Source: an uncultured bacterium
Lineage (GTDB): Bacteria > Acidobacteriota > HRBIN11 > JAKEFK01
Length of the DNA: 64,000 nt
Direction of reading: 5' to 3'
NCBI GenBank assembly: GCA_963777505.1
Contig: CAVZQN010000004.1
Coordinates: 1,312,001-1,376,000, forward strand
Shown here: positions 9,716-19,334 of the stretch, in pieces
Layout of the letters: every line of letters starts with the position of its first letter
Numbering within the stretch: the first letter of the stretch is position 1
The notes under the pieces: model-generated
Told to the model about the DNA's origin: nothing
What the model saw: only the letters and a program-made list of their open reading frames with translations
Database searches by the model: none
Position numbers and translations under genes: made by a program

Positions 9716-11229
9716 TCTCATCACTTGATTACAAGATGCAGCAAGGAGTTCTGGTTTTTGTTCTGATGGTGGCAGTGCTGCTGGCCATTTTCAGGTTGAC
9801 TCGCCATCACAAAAATATTCGACAAAAGATACAGCTTCCTTTGATCGCACTTTTCCTGCTTTTAGTTGCAAAGATTGTGTTGTACGTTACAGGCGTTCAA
9901 CTGCCCGCTCTCATTGAAAATTATTTCAAGGCGATTCTTTATTTATCGATCGCCGTTCTTGTGATCCGCGTTGCAGTGTTTGTTTTATTTACCTCGATTG
10001 AGAAAAAGAAACGATACCGAATACCAAAACTGGTCGAAGAAATTACAAAAGTTCTTTTATATGGCATTACTGCAATTGCAATCATTCAAAAGACGTTGAA
10101 TATTCAGGTAACGACCGTTCTTGCAACATCAGCGATCATCACAGTTGTACTGGGGCTTGCGCTGCAGGAAACTCTCGGAAATTTATTCGCAGGGTTGGCA
10201 TTGCAATTGGATCCTGCGTATCAAGTTGGCGACTGGATTCGCGTCGGTGAACGGATGGGCAAGGTTGAAGAAATCACCTGGCGCGCCACGAAGTTAAGGA
10301 CAGTAAACAACGATTCAGTAATCATTCCGAATGGTAGTATTGCAAAGGACACCTTGATCAACCTGAGCAATCCCATTACTCCTCATGCAGCGAGAATGAT
10401 GATTCGAGCTAGTTTTTCGACACCACCAAACAGAGTCGATCGTGTTACCCGAGATGTTCTTGCTGAAATCCCAAACGTGACTCTTGATCCTCCTCCGGAG
10501 ATTCGTGTCAGCGATTTTAAGGATTACTGGATCGAATACGATTTAAAATTTTATTACAAAGATCCTGGCTTGCTGGAAGCAATGCTTGCTGCTGTTCGCA
10601 AAGGGCTCTGGTATCACTTTCGCAGGGATGGAGTTGAAATTCCAGTCCCGGTCAGAGATGTTTTTGTTCATGACCGCCAGGAAAGGGTCGAAAGCGGCGA
10701 GGCAATGCTTCATCGTCTCAGTGATTCCTTGAAGAAGGTTTACTTATTTTCCTCACTTGCGGCCGATGAGCATCAACTCATTGCGGAAAATCTTGAAGAA
10801 ATGAGATACGCAAGAAATGAATTAGTTATTCGTGAAGGTGAAGCCGGGGATTCTTTTTTTATTGTTGAACAGGGTGAAGTCGAAGTTTTTGTAACCTCTC
10901 CGACAGGTACAAAAAAATCGCTAACGATACTTTCCGTTGGCGATTTCTTTGGAGAAATCGCATTATTAACTGGTGAACGAAGAACTGCTAGTGTTCAAGC
11001 ACTGACTGAAGTTCGTGTTTTTCGTTTGAAAAAGGAGAGTTTCAAGACAGTTCTTGAAACACGGCCTGATATTTTGGATCAGATAAGCGGTATTTTAAGC
11101 CGGCGGAAAGATCAAATTGCATCTCTTCTGGCTGAAAGTACGGGAAGTGATGGTAAATTGATTTCGATTAATACGGATCAGGCTAAAAGTAAAATTCTTG
11201 GTAGGATTCGAAGTTATTTTGGTCTTTAG
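9712..11229 (+). CDS. MscS-family channel with C-terminal cyclic nucleotide-binding domain (bCNG-like)
   Basis: VLGLALQETLGNLFAG, VGDWI, IIPNG MscS motifs; IREGEAGDSFFIVEQG and FFGEIALLTGERRTASV cNMP motifs. Confidence 0.92.
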   Translation: MISSLDYKMQQGVLVFVLMVAVLLAIFRLTRHHKNIRQKIQLPLIALFLLLVAKIVLYVTGVQLPALIENYFKAILYLSIAVLVIRVAVFVLFTSIEKKKRYRIPKLVEEITKVLLYGITAIAIIQKTLNIQVTTVLATSAIITVVLGLALQETLGNLFAGLALQLDPAYQVGDWIRVGERMGKVEEITWRATKLRTVNNDSVIIPNGSIAKDTLINLSNPITPHAARMMIRASFSTPPNRVDRVTRDVLAEIPNVTLDPPPEIRVSDFKDYWIEYDLKFYYKDPGLLEAMLAAVRKGLWYHFRRDGVEIPVPVRDVFVHDRQERVESGEAMLHRLSDSLKKVYLFSSLAADEHQLIAENLEEMRYARNELVIREGEAGDSFFIVEQGEVEVFVTSPTGTKKSLTILSVGDFFGEIALLTGERRTASVQALTEVRVFRLKKESFKTVLETRPDILDQISGILSRRKDQIASLLAESTGSDGKLISINTDQAKSKILGRIRSYFGL

Positions 11230-11262
11230 AATACTTACACCGCTCCGTTTTGATTCCATTCT

Positions 11263-11583
11263 ATGAATACACGAGAAATTGAGCAGGAAATCGGCGAGTT
11301 GATGCCGGTTGATGACTTTTTGCAGATTCAGCGCCGTCTTCGAGACTTACGATTTGAAGAGGATGCAAAATTGCGGGCACTTGCTGAACTGCAACAAGTG
11401 TATCTTAGCGCCAATACAGATGAAGAACGTGATCTCGTGAAGGACGCTGTAGCGAAGATTCGTGACCTTTCTCGCGCCACAAGACAGGAAATCCGCGATC
11501 TGAACAATCGCATTGTCGCGTTCATGCCACTGGATGTAGCACGCGAACTGTTTGAGCGGTACGAGAAGTCAGCGAAAGGTTAG
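11263..11583 (+). CDS. Hypothetical helical/coiled-coil protein
   Basis: 106-aa ORF with ATG start, rich in E/R/L/A; no recognisable motif. Confidence 0.65.
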   Translation: MNTREIEQEIGELMPVDDFLQIQRRLRDLRFEEDAKLRALAELQQVYLSANTDEERDLVKDAVAKIRDLSRATRQEIRDLNNRIVAFMPLDVARELFERYEKSAKG

Positions 11584-11643
11584 AGCTTGTGGTGAGTGGA
11601 TAGAGCAGGGGAGCTAGCTCCCTTGCACCCCTGCACCCCTGCA

Positions 11644-12103
11644 CCCTTTCATCATCAATGTCCCCACCAAGCCACACCCCTCCACTCAACTAATCCTATC
11701 CCAACGAATCATTGTGGTATGTCACCCCTGCTCCTTTCTCCCTTTCATCATCAATGTTCCCACAAATCACACCCCTCCACTCAACTAATCCTATCCCAAC
11801 GAATCATTGTGGAATGTCACCCCTGCTCCCTTTCTCCCTTTCATCATCAATGTCCCCACCAAACCACACCCCTCCACTCAACTAATCCTGTCCCAACGAA
11901 TCATTGTGGAATGTCACCCTGCTCCCTTTCTCCCTTTCTTCATCAATGTCCCTACCAAACCACGCCCCTCCACTCAACTAATCCTGTCCCAACGAATCAT
12001 TGTGGAATGTCACCCCTGCTCCCTTTCTCCCTTTCATCATCAAGGTTCCCACCAAACCACACCCCTCCACTCGAATAATCCTGTCGCAACGAATCATTGT
12101 GGT
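11644..12103. repeat. Tandem array of about five near-identical 96-97 bp units
   Basis: Units start at 11644, 11740, 11836, 11932 and 12029; core CCCCTCCACTCAACTAATCCTRTCCCAACGAATCATTGTGG; no unique spacers. Confidence 0.95.
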
Positions 12104-12114
12104 AATGGGAGGGG

Positions 12115-12147
12115 ATGCCTGCAGGTGGGGGAACCTGCAGGCATTTT
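12115..12147 (+). terminator. Perfect 12-bp hairpin, possible terminator
   Basis: ATGCCTGCAGGT-ggggga-ACCTGCAGGCAT followed by a short T run, between convergent genes. Confidence 0.6.
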
Positions 12148-12191
12148 CAGGGGAGAGACAAGGGAACTTTTAAAATTTCAAATACCTACGT

Positions 12192-14219
12192 TTAATCTTT
12201 TTTCTTTATCTGTTTTGAGCTCGAAGAAGAAGATGGACGGCTTGATGAGCTCTTTGATGAAGATGAAGAACGTGGTTGAGATGGTTTGTTATAACCTCCT
12301 GAGCTTTTCGGTTCATAACGAGGTTGAGTCGATTTCGGCTCATACCGAGGCTGACTGGTGGAGGACTTTGGATCAGACCGTTCTTCGAATCTTTCATACA
12401 TTTTTCGCGCTCCTTCATAGTAGCGCGGACTAACTTCCGACTCCCTTCGGCTCTCTTCAGAAGATTTCGGATCGCGATACCATGGGGTGCTCGTCGATCT
12501 TGAATCATTATTGTCTCTTCTTATATATGGACTCCTGTAAGAGTCATAAGGCCTTGAAGTTTCTTTCCGATACCGCTCATATTGAGAATCGCGGTCCCAA
12601 TAATTTGGTGGCGCCGGTTTTGATGTCTTATTATCGCTGGAACCATATTTGCTGCTGCTCGTGCTTCGATTGTTGTCGTAATTCTTGTTCGTGGTCGAAC
12701 CGGGCGATTTTGTTACAGGCTTGCTGTTCGAATCATTACTGTTTTTGCTATTGCCTGGATCTTTATCAACCGATTTGCTTTTCGAATCGTTCGAAGGCGG
12801 CTTTGTTGTTGGATTAACCGGTTTGGGTGTAGTTGTAGGCCGCGTTTTCTCCCAGCTTTTTGTCGAACTTCCTGGATTCACATCCTTACGACCGTTCTCA
12901 ACGTTCTTCGAATTGCTTGGATTAACGGGCTCATCACGATGTTTCACTCCAACAGGATTGTCAACATCAGGTCCTTTAGCGGGTGCAATCCTTTTGTCGT
13001 TAACGTAGGCCGGTGTTTTTACGGTTTTTGGAATAACGTAGCTCGTAAGTTCCTTCTTTGGTGAGCGTGCAAATTTTGTTTCATCAAACCGGATCTTCTT
13101 AACATCATTTGAACCCACGCTGATGTGTTTGATGCTCTTGGTGCCGACATCATGTTTTTTTACAAATGTCCATGAATTCCCGACATCGATAGTCTTTTGT
13201 TTCTGGATTGGATTGTGATAATTCCAATTGTCATAGATTGGTCTATTGTAATAATTCAGCGGGCACCAGCCGACATAATCGCCATAGTCATACCAGCTTA
13301 CCCATGAAGGGCCGAATGAATAACCGGGAATCCAGTACCATCCAAAATCAAGACCCCAGCCCCATCTTCCATAATGGTACGGAGCCCAACCCCACGGTTC
13401 AGATGAAACCCAGAACCAACTGCTGTTTGAATATGACCATCGTCCATCGTAGTAAGGTCGCCAGCCATCATAAACTCGTGGAACCCAAACGTTTCCATAG
13501 TCTCCATATTCGCGCCAATCGCCATACTGTTCCAGTTCGTATGTATCATAACGAAGGCTCTCATCAACATATTGATCTTCGTCATAGTCATCCCGATAAG
13601 CGAGTGAATCCATTCGGGATGAATTCCAATTATCAAGTTCGTCATAGGCGCCGTTAAAAGCTTCAGGTTTTACAGGACTTGAGCCCGGGTCCACGTAGGT
13701 GCGTTCATTTGCGCGGAGTAGAATGCGCTGTCCATTTGCGCGGATTTCCGCTTCGCCTTGAATTGTCGTTACACGGATACCGCCTTCGTTTCCTAAATCG
13801 ACGCGCATATTACCTTCATCGATCAAGTAAATCTCAGATTCACCTGCTCTTACCTTCAATTCTTCGCGGAAAGAATCAATGAGATGCGAATCTACGAAAA
13901 GACTTCCCTGGAGAAGTTCAATAACCATGGGGGAATATGTGGAATCTACTTTTGCGGAGGAATAATCTCCTAACCGGACGAGAATGCCATTACGAAATGA
14001 AAGTTCGGCACGCCCGTTTTGTGTTTCAACGACATCGCCATCGAGAATTGGCGAGTTGATCGTCGCATCGTTCGGTCTTTGTGCGTCCGTAGGATAAATA
14101 CTAACGTCCCCCTCAATATGACGTAAACGAACGACTCGATCATTTGCGGCATCGGCCGGCAACGAGACTAAGAATAGTGCTAAGAAACAACCGAAAGCAG
14201 CTAAAATCCTGTACTTCAT
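12192..14219 (-). CDS. Exported FecR-like + DUF6600 domain protein with a long low-complexity Ser/Pro/Lys tail
   Basis: Signal peptide MKYRILAA..ADA after GGAGG SD; L..YGDW....YG.VW.P, W.PY..GRW, WVS.EPWGWAPYHYGRW motifs. Confidence 0.85.
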   Translation of the reverse strand: MKYRILAAFGCFLALFLVSLPADAANDRVVRLRHIEGDVSIYPTDAQRPNDATINSPILDGDVVETQNGRAELSFRNGILVRLGDYSSAKVDSTYSPMVIELLQGSLFVDSHLIDSFREELKVRAGESEIYLIDEGNMRVDLGNEGGIRVTTIQGEAEIRANGQRILLRANERTYVDPGSSPVKPEAFNGAYDELDNWNSSRMDSLAYRDDYDEDQYVDESLRYDTYELEQYGDWREYGDYGNVWVPRVYDGWRPYYDGRWSYSNSSWFWVSSEPWGWAPYHYGRWGWGLDFGWYWIPGYSFGPSWVSWYDYGDYVGWCPLNYYNRPIYDNWNYHNPIQKQKTIDVGNSWTFVKKHDVGTKSIKHISVGSNDVKKIRFDETKFARSPKKELTSYVIPKTVKTPAYVNDKRIAPAKGPDVDNPVGVKHRDEPVNPSNSKNVENGRKDVNPGSSTKSWEKTRPTTTPKPVNPTTKPPSNDSKSKSVDKDPGNSKNSNDSNSKPVTKSPGSTTNKNYDNNRSTSSSKYGSSDNKTSKPAPPNYWDRDSQYERYRKETSRPYDSYRSPYIRRDNNDSRSTSTPWYRDPKSSEESRRESEVSPRYYEGARKMYERFEERSDPKSSTSQPRYEPKSTQPRYEPKSSGGYNKPSQPRSSSSSKSSSSRPSSSSSSKQIKKKD

Positions 14220-14344
14220 AGAACCCTCCACAAACACCCCACGTAAACCACACCTCCCATACAGCAAATCACGTGCCATCTCTCCTCGAGAAAGTATCAA
14301 ATTTCCGAGGACAAATTCTGTCCCCTAATCACGACAACTGTACT

Positions 14345-14491
14345 TCAGACAACCCCTTTTCTTTTCTCGTCGAGCCGTTTGGAGACCGACTCTAACGCCC
14401 TCTCCATATTTTTTAGCCGGGTCATCAGGGTGAACAAATAAAGAAACAATAGAATCCATACGGCAATGTACGCTGCAATTAAGTAATTCAT
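14345..14491 (-). CDS. ccmD: Heme exporter protein CcmD (not in the ORF track)
   Basis: 48-aa ORF MNYLIAAYIAVWILLFLYLFTLMTRLKNMERALE... with one TM helix and a charged tail, directly after ccmC. Confidence 0.8.
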   Translation of the reverse strand: MNYLIAAYIAVWILLFLYLFTLMTRLKNMERALESVSKRLDEKRKGVV

Positions 14492-14497
14492 ATAAGT

Positions 14498-15171
14498 TTA
14501 GTCATCTTCAAGCTTATCTTGCAAGGAATGTACATGTTCCTTCATACGCTCCAGACGGATCCGGAAACGCATCAGAATCGTGTACAGGATTAAGAATGTC
14601 ATAAAGCAAATCAAGACGGAGTACCACATTCTGGGGTCAAGATCTACTTTGTCGGGTGAAATTACACGCGGGTGGATTGTTCGCCACCAGTAAATCGACA
14701 GATACACAATCGGCACATCAACAAAACCGATGATTCCATACACTGAGGCATAAGTGCGGACTGATGGATGATGTGCAAGCGAGGATCTCAGAATCAAATA
14801 TGCTACGAAAATCAGCCATAAAACAAAGGTGCTCGTTAGCCTTGGATCCCAGGTCCACCAAACATTCCACACAGGCTTGGCCCAGATCGGTCCTGTGACA
14901 AGCACAATTGTACAGAACAAAACTCCCAGTTCTGCAGCTGCGTGAGCAAAATGATCATAACGTTTGTCTTTTTTTAACAAATATAAAATGCCGCCGGCAA
15001 ACACGAAGAAAAAGAAAGCAAACTTGTCCACGCGCTGGATACATGAAAATAAAAAATACGCTGGACAACACCCATGACACGTTCCTGAGGGGCATAAATA
15101 AAAGCTGCATACAGAGCAATCGGCATCATTGCGAATACAAGAAAAAGCAGCAACCGATCCAAACGAGACAT
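14498..15171 (-). CDS. ccmC: Heme exporter CcmC, split by a single-base frameshift near 15010
   Basis: QRIFYFHV..AW in one frame; TGPIWAKPVWNVWWTWDPRLT (WWD domain) and WRTIHP in another; one extra base in the A5 run at 15009-15013 joins them. Confidence 0.88.
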
Positions 15172-15173
15172 CG

Positions 15174-15845
15174 TTAGGCGTCCTCCAATATCCATTGATA
15201 TGACCAATACGAAAGTACGACGTAAATCACATCAAACGCGATTAATAACTTTAGCCAGTTAAAGAATTGTTCCATCCTTAATTGGTTCAATAGAATTATC
15301 GAGGCCTTGACCGCCATAATTAAAACAGGAATCAAGATCGGAAATAGTAAAACAGATAATAAGATCTCACGATTTTTTACATCCAGTGCCATTGTTGCAA
15401 GCAATACACCAATCGAGCAATAGCCGATGGCCGCAAGGATGATGATGAGATATAACCAGAGAGAATTGAGAGTAAATTGAAAATTAAAAAGAATATGAAA
15501 AACGGGGAAAAGAATCGTTTCAAGAGCTACAAGAAAAATTGTGGCAGAAAGCATTTTTCCTAAGAAAAGTTTTCCTGGCGATGTAGGGCTGATTAAAAGA
15601 CCTGCGAGTGAATTTTCTTCTTTTTCAGATGCGAGAGTATGGTTTAAAAACAAAAGACCTGAAAATAAAAATGAAATCCAGAGAATTCCGGGAGCGATTA
15701 TGCTTTGTTGATCGCCGGCGACAGAAAGCGAAAAGTTTCCAACAACGAGAACGAGCAACCCGAAGAAGAGTGTTGGCAGAAAGGTTTGCCTGCTTCGATA
15801 TTCGACAATTAAGTCTTTTCGAATGATGGCTGAAATCACATTCAT
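15174..15845 (-). CDS. ccmB: Heme exporter permease CcmB
   Basis: KDL..E.RS, PGILW, EKE...L.GLL, LF.GK, REILL..LLFP...PV motifs. Confidence 0.92.
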   Translation of the reverse strand: MNVISAIIRKDLIVEYRSRQTFLPTLFFGLLVLVVGNFSLSVAGDQQSIIAPGILWISFLFSGLLFLNHTLASEKEENSLAGLLISPTSPGKLFLGKMLSATIFLVALETILFPVFHILFNFQFTLNSLWLYLIIILAAIGYCSIGVLLATMALDVKNREILLSVLLFPILIPVLIMAVKASIILLNQLRMEQFFNWLKLLIAFDVIYVVLSYWSYQWILEDA

Positions 15846-16546
15846 GCAATTACCTTCCTGTAAAATTCTTCAATTTCAGGGGCAATTTCGGAACGAGATC
15901 CGTAAAAGATTTGTCTTCCATTTTTTAAGATCAGAAATTTATCAGCAATTTCATACGCTCGATGAAGTTCATGTGTAGTCAGGATGATTGAACATATCTT
16001 CTTTTGCTGAGCGACAATGTCCTCTAACAATAAAGTGGCATCTATATCCAGGCCGGTGAAGGGTTCATCCAAAAGCAAGAGTTGAGGCGTCGCAAGCATC
16101 GCGCGAGTGAGCGCTAATCTTTGTTTCATTCCACGGGAAAATGTCTGAACAAGTTGGTGCTGGGCCTCTTGCAGCTGAAAGGAAGCAAGCAATGAATCGA
16201 TGGAGGGCGATGCATCATACAGTTCTGCGAAGAACTCCAGATTTTCACGTGCAGTCAGTTTATCGTACAAAAATGTTTCATGCCCGAGATATCCAATTTG
16301 CTTTTTGATCGAAGCTTCCCGCTTTCCGGAACCTAGAATGATGCACTTGCCATCAACTTTGAGCAGACCTGCGATCAGTTTTAGGATTGTACTTTTGCCA
16401 GCTCCATTCGGTCCTAAAATTGCAAGGACTTCGCCTCGTTTGAGTTCAAAATGAATATCGCGAAGGATCGTAGTGAGGCCGATCTTATAACGCTGAAATT
16501 CAAGTTGTAATGCGAGCTCAGGAGTGTAGTTTTGTTGTGTCTGCAT
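15842..16546 (-). CDS. ccmA: Heme exporter ATP-binding protein CcmA
   Basis: Walker A GPNGAGKST, FSRGMKQRL signature, LLLLDEPFTGLD; ccm operon context. Confidence 0.9.
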   Translation of the reverse strand: MQTQQNYTPELALQLEFQRYKIGLTTILRDIHFELKRGEVLAILGPNGAGKSTILKLIAGLLKVDGKCIILGSGKREASIKKQIGYLGHETFLYDKLTARENLEFFAELYDASPSIDSLLASFQLQEAQHQLVQTFSRGMKQRLALTRAMLATPQLLLLDEPFTGLDIDATLLLEDIVAQQKKICSIILTTHELHRAYEIADKFLILKNGRQIFYGSRSEIAPEIEEFYRKVIA

Positions 16547-16844
16547 TGACGGCTATTGTCGGAGAGGCTTCCGTTAATTGATCCGCTTGTTTCATTAATT
16601 CAATCGCTTCAAGGGAAAGTTTTTCTTTAATCTGCAGATAATCAGGTTCCCCAATTTTCTTCAAACGGAAATCATATTCAAGATCATTCAATGCGGAAAG
16701 TGTTTCTTCTTTGCGATGCAGGATATTTTCAAGTTCCTGGCCGCCGGATGTGAGCTGCCGGTTTCGGTAGGCTTTATCAAAGAAAGGAAGAATTGCATAA
16801 AGAGCAAATAAGACTGCAAGCAGAATAAACAAAAACCAGATCAC
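16518..16844 (-). CDS. Small membrane-anchored ccm-cluster protein (CcmI N-terminal-like)
   Basis: N-terminal TM helix; L.DLEYDF...KI...DY...K motif; within the ccm operon. Confidence 0.6.
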   Translation of the reverse strand: MIWFLFILLAVLFALYAILPFFDKAYRNRQLTSGGQELENILHRKEETLSALNDLEYDFRLKKIGEPDYLQIKEKLSLEAIELMKQADQLTEASPTIAVNADTTKLHS

Positions 16845-17314
16845 TTCCGTTTCTCCAGCTCTTCATCCAGAAGTTTCCTGTAATGTTCATCATTTTCTTT
16901 TTCTTGAGAGTTCGGATCCACAGGCGGGGTATTTTCAGGTTTTTCTTGCTGTCTCTTGAGGAATGCAAACAAAAAGATTGCCCCAACAAGAAATCCAATG
17001 GGAGTAATCATCCAGGCTGTGAGATGAAAGCCTTTTTTAGGCGGCGCAGAAAGAACTGTGTCGCCGTATTGTGCAACATAGGATTTGATAATCTGATCCT
17101 CGTTCATCCCTTGATCAATCATTTTCTGAATGTCCGATTTGATCTGATCCGCCGTGCTGCACCCACATTGACTTACAACAAGATGAGGACATGTGCCGCA
17201 ATAACAAGATAATTTCCCGGCAACGCTTTCCATAGTGGTCGCAGCTTCGAGAAGTCTCGTGAAAAGAAATAGTACTATGATTATAGTATTACAAACGCTG
17301 AAAGGCCGGTTCAA
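16841..17314 (-). CDS. ccmH: Cytochrome c biogenesis protein CcmH-like
   Basis: LSCYCGTC...CGC, I..MI.QG...DQI....VAQYG..VL.APPKKGF...AW..P; TTG start overlaps the ccmF stop. Confidence 0.8.
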   Translation of the reverse strand: MNRPFSVCNTIIIVLFLFTRLLEAATTMESVAGKLSCYCGTCPHLVVSQCGCSTADQIKSDIQKMIDQGMNEDQIIKSYVAQYGDTVLSAPPKKGFHLTAWMITPIGFLVGAIFLFAFLKRQQEKPENTPPVDPNSQEKENDEHYRKLLDEELEKRK

Positions 17315-19299
17315 CTTGATACCTCTGACGTCGCTTCTTGAACCGTGCTGAAAACACGTTCTTTTCCGAAACTCGGGGATAAAACGATGATTCCGCCAAA
17401 CAACATAATAAAACCGCCCCACCAGAGCCAGCTCACAAGCGGATTTACATAAACCTTAAAGGTGGCTTGTCCTTGTTCATCCCAGCCTGCAAGAATGATG
17501 TAGAGATCTTCATTCCAAAAGGAACGGAGTGCAACTTCGGTTGTTGGCTGATCAGAATTTTTATAAAAATGGCGTTCAGGAATCAAAAATCCCGCTGGTT
17601 TACCGTTTCGAATTACTTCAATCTTGGCACGAACCAGTTCCTTATGTGAATCTTTATGGAATTCAATATCTCTGTAAATCAGTTGATAACCTCGCGCCTG
17701 AAAGGATTGGTTTAGTCGCACCATTGCATCTTTTTCAAGACTGAAGAATGAACTTGCAGCAATTCCGATCATTAAAACAGCCATTCCTGTATGGATAATA
17801 AACCCGCCATATCTGCGGCTGTTACGCTGTACGAGATTATAAAAAGCGACGGGCGCATTTTCACGAATCATTGCCATTCGTGCTTGAGTCCCTTTGCTGA
17901 ACTCAAAATACACAGTCGCCATCACAAAAACGGTAGAAAAGAAAAAGAGCAATGCTACCCAGTGTCTGATTCCAAATGCAATCAAGACAACGACTGCGAG
18001 TGTGCCCATGAGTCCTGGTACAAGGAAACTTCTTTTCAAATTGTTAAGTCCTGCTTTCCGCCAGGCGATCAACGGGCAAATTCCTGTTAATAGAATTAAT
18101 CCAATCGCAAACGGCGTCACAACCTTATTGAAAAACGGAGCACTTACAGTCACCTTACTGCCTGTAACCCATTCAGACAAGATTGGAAATGTTGTTCCAA
18201 GCAAAACTGCAAGGCAGATCACAAGAAAGAAAATGTTGTTAAATAAAAAACTACTCTCACGGCTTACGAACGATTCAAGTCTCGCTTCTGGCTTAAGTTC
18301 TTTTCTGCGATACATAAGGAAAAAGACGCTGATTGCAATTTGAATTCCAAGAAAAATCGCGAAATATTTTCCGATTGGCGATTGAGCAAACGAATGGACT
18401 GATGAGACTACGCCGCTGCGTGTCAGAAATGTTCCAAAAATCGAAAGTGTAAATGCTGTAATGACAAGCACCATATTCCAGAACTTCAACATCCCTTTCT
18501 TTTCTTGAACCATGACTGAATGTAGAAATGCAGTCGATGCAAGCCATGGCATCAGCGAAGCATTTTCAACTGGATCCCATGCCCAATAGCCACCCCAACC
18601 GAGCTCAATGTAAGCCCAGTAAGAACCTTGTAAAATTCCCAGCGTTAAGAATAACCAGCCAAACAAAGTCCATTTACGGATTGCTTTGAGCCAGCTCACA
18701 TCCAGGCGTCCGGTGATTAGGGCAGCCATTGCAAAAGCGAATGGAACAGAAACGCCAACATAACCGATATAAAGCGAAGGCGGATGGGTAGCCATCCAGT
18801 AGTTCTGAAGTAAAGGATTCAGGCTTTGACCTTCGATCGGGATCGGTGAAAGTTTGCTGAAAGGATCCGCCGCAAAAAGAACCAGACTTAAAAAGAATAA
18901 TGTGATGCCCATCATCACTGCTGTTACATATGGCATCAGTTGCCGATTCTTGTTTTGGTTTTGCATTACGGCGACGAGCGAATACATGGACAGAATGAAT
19001 AGCCAGAACAGAAGTGAACCAGCCTGACCACCCCACAGCGCCGTGATCTTATACGGCAGCGGAAGCGTCGTGCTTGTGTAATGAGCAACGTATTCAAATT
19101 GGAAATTGCTCGTAATGAGGGCATGAATGAGGATTCCGCAAGCTGTTACGACGAGAAAGACGACTCCAAGAACAGCACGTTCCCCGGCTTCAACAAAGTC
19201 GGCTCGACGAAATCGAGCTCCTAAAATTGATGAAACGATACTGAAAATACAAAGTGCGAAGGCACTCAGCAATATAAAGCGTCCAATTTCAGCAAGCAT
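17311..19299 (-). CDS. ccmF: Cytochrome c synthase CcmF
   Basis: WGGQAGSLLFW, LNPLLQN..MATHPP, WAYIELGWGGYWAWDPVENASLMPW, RSGVVSSVHSFA. Confidence 0.97.
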   Translation of the reverse strand: MLAEIGRFILLSAFALCIFSIVSSILGARFRRADFVEAGERAVLGVVFLVVTACGILIHALITSNFQFEYVAHYTSTTLPLPYKITALWGGQAGSLLFWLFILSMYSLVAVMQNQNKNRQLMPYVTAVMMGITLFFLSLVLFAADPFSKLSPIPIEGQSLNPLLQNYWMATHPPSLYIGYVGVSVPFAFAMAALITGRLDVSWLKAIRKWTLFGWLFLTLGILQGSYWAYIELGWGGYWAWDPVENASLMPWLASTAFLHSVMVQEKKGMLKFWNMVLVITAFTLSIFGTFLTRSGVVSSVHSFAQSPIGKYFAIFLGIQIAISVFFLMYRRKELKPEARLESFVSRESSFLFNNIFFLVICLAVLLGTTFPILSEWVTGSKVTVSAPFFNKVVTPFAIGLILLTGICPLIAWRKAGLNNLKRSFLVPGLMGTLAVVVLIAFGIRHWVALLFFFSTVFVMATVYFEFSKGTQARMAMIRENAPVAFYNLVQRNSRRYGGFIIHTGMAVLMIGIAASSFFSLEKDAMVRLNQSFQARGYQLIYRDIEFHKDSHKELVRAKIEVIRNGKPAGFLIPERHFYKNSDQPTTEVALRSFWNEDLYIILAGWDEQGQATFKVYVNPLVSWLWWGGFIMLFGGIIVLSPSFGKERVFSTVQEATSEVSS

Positions 19300-19334
19300 A
19301 AATTCGGTTCGACCGGGGCGATACGATTAATCTA

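Noticed and set aside
11644-12103. CRISPR array or TIGR-like guide array
   Set aside because: Units are about 97 bp and near-identical throughout, with no unique spacers and no cas or Nop-domain gene nearby
11644-12147. Type III toxin-antitoxin locus
   Set aside because: Units are longer than known antitoxin repeats and no co-oriented toxin ORF follows the hairpin
11596-12433. His/Cys-rich repeat proteins (ORFs 11596-12078 and 11807-12433)
   Set aside because: They are translations of the tandem array; the consensus unit is not a multiple of 3 and the frame switches between units
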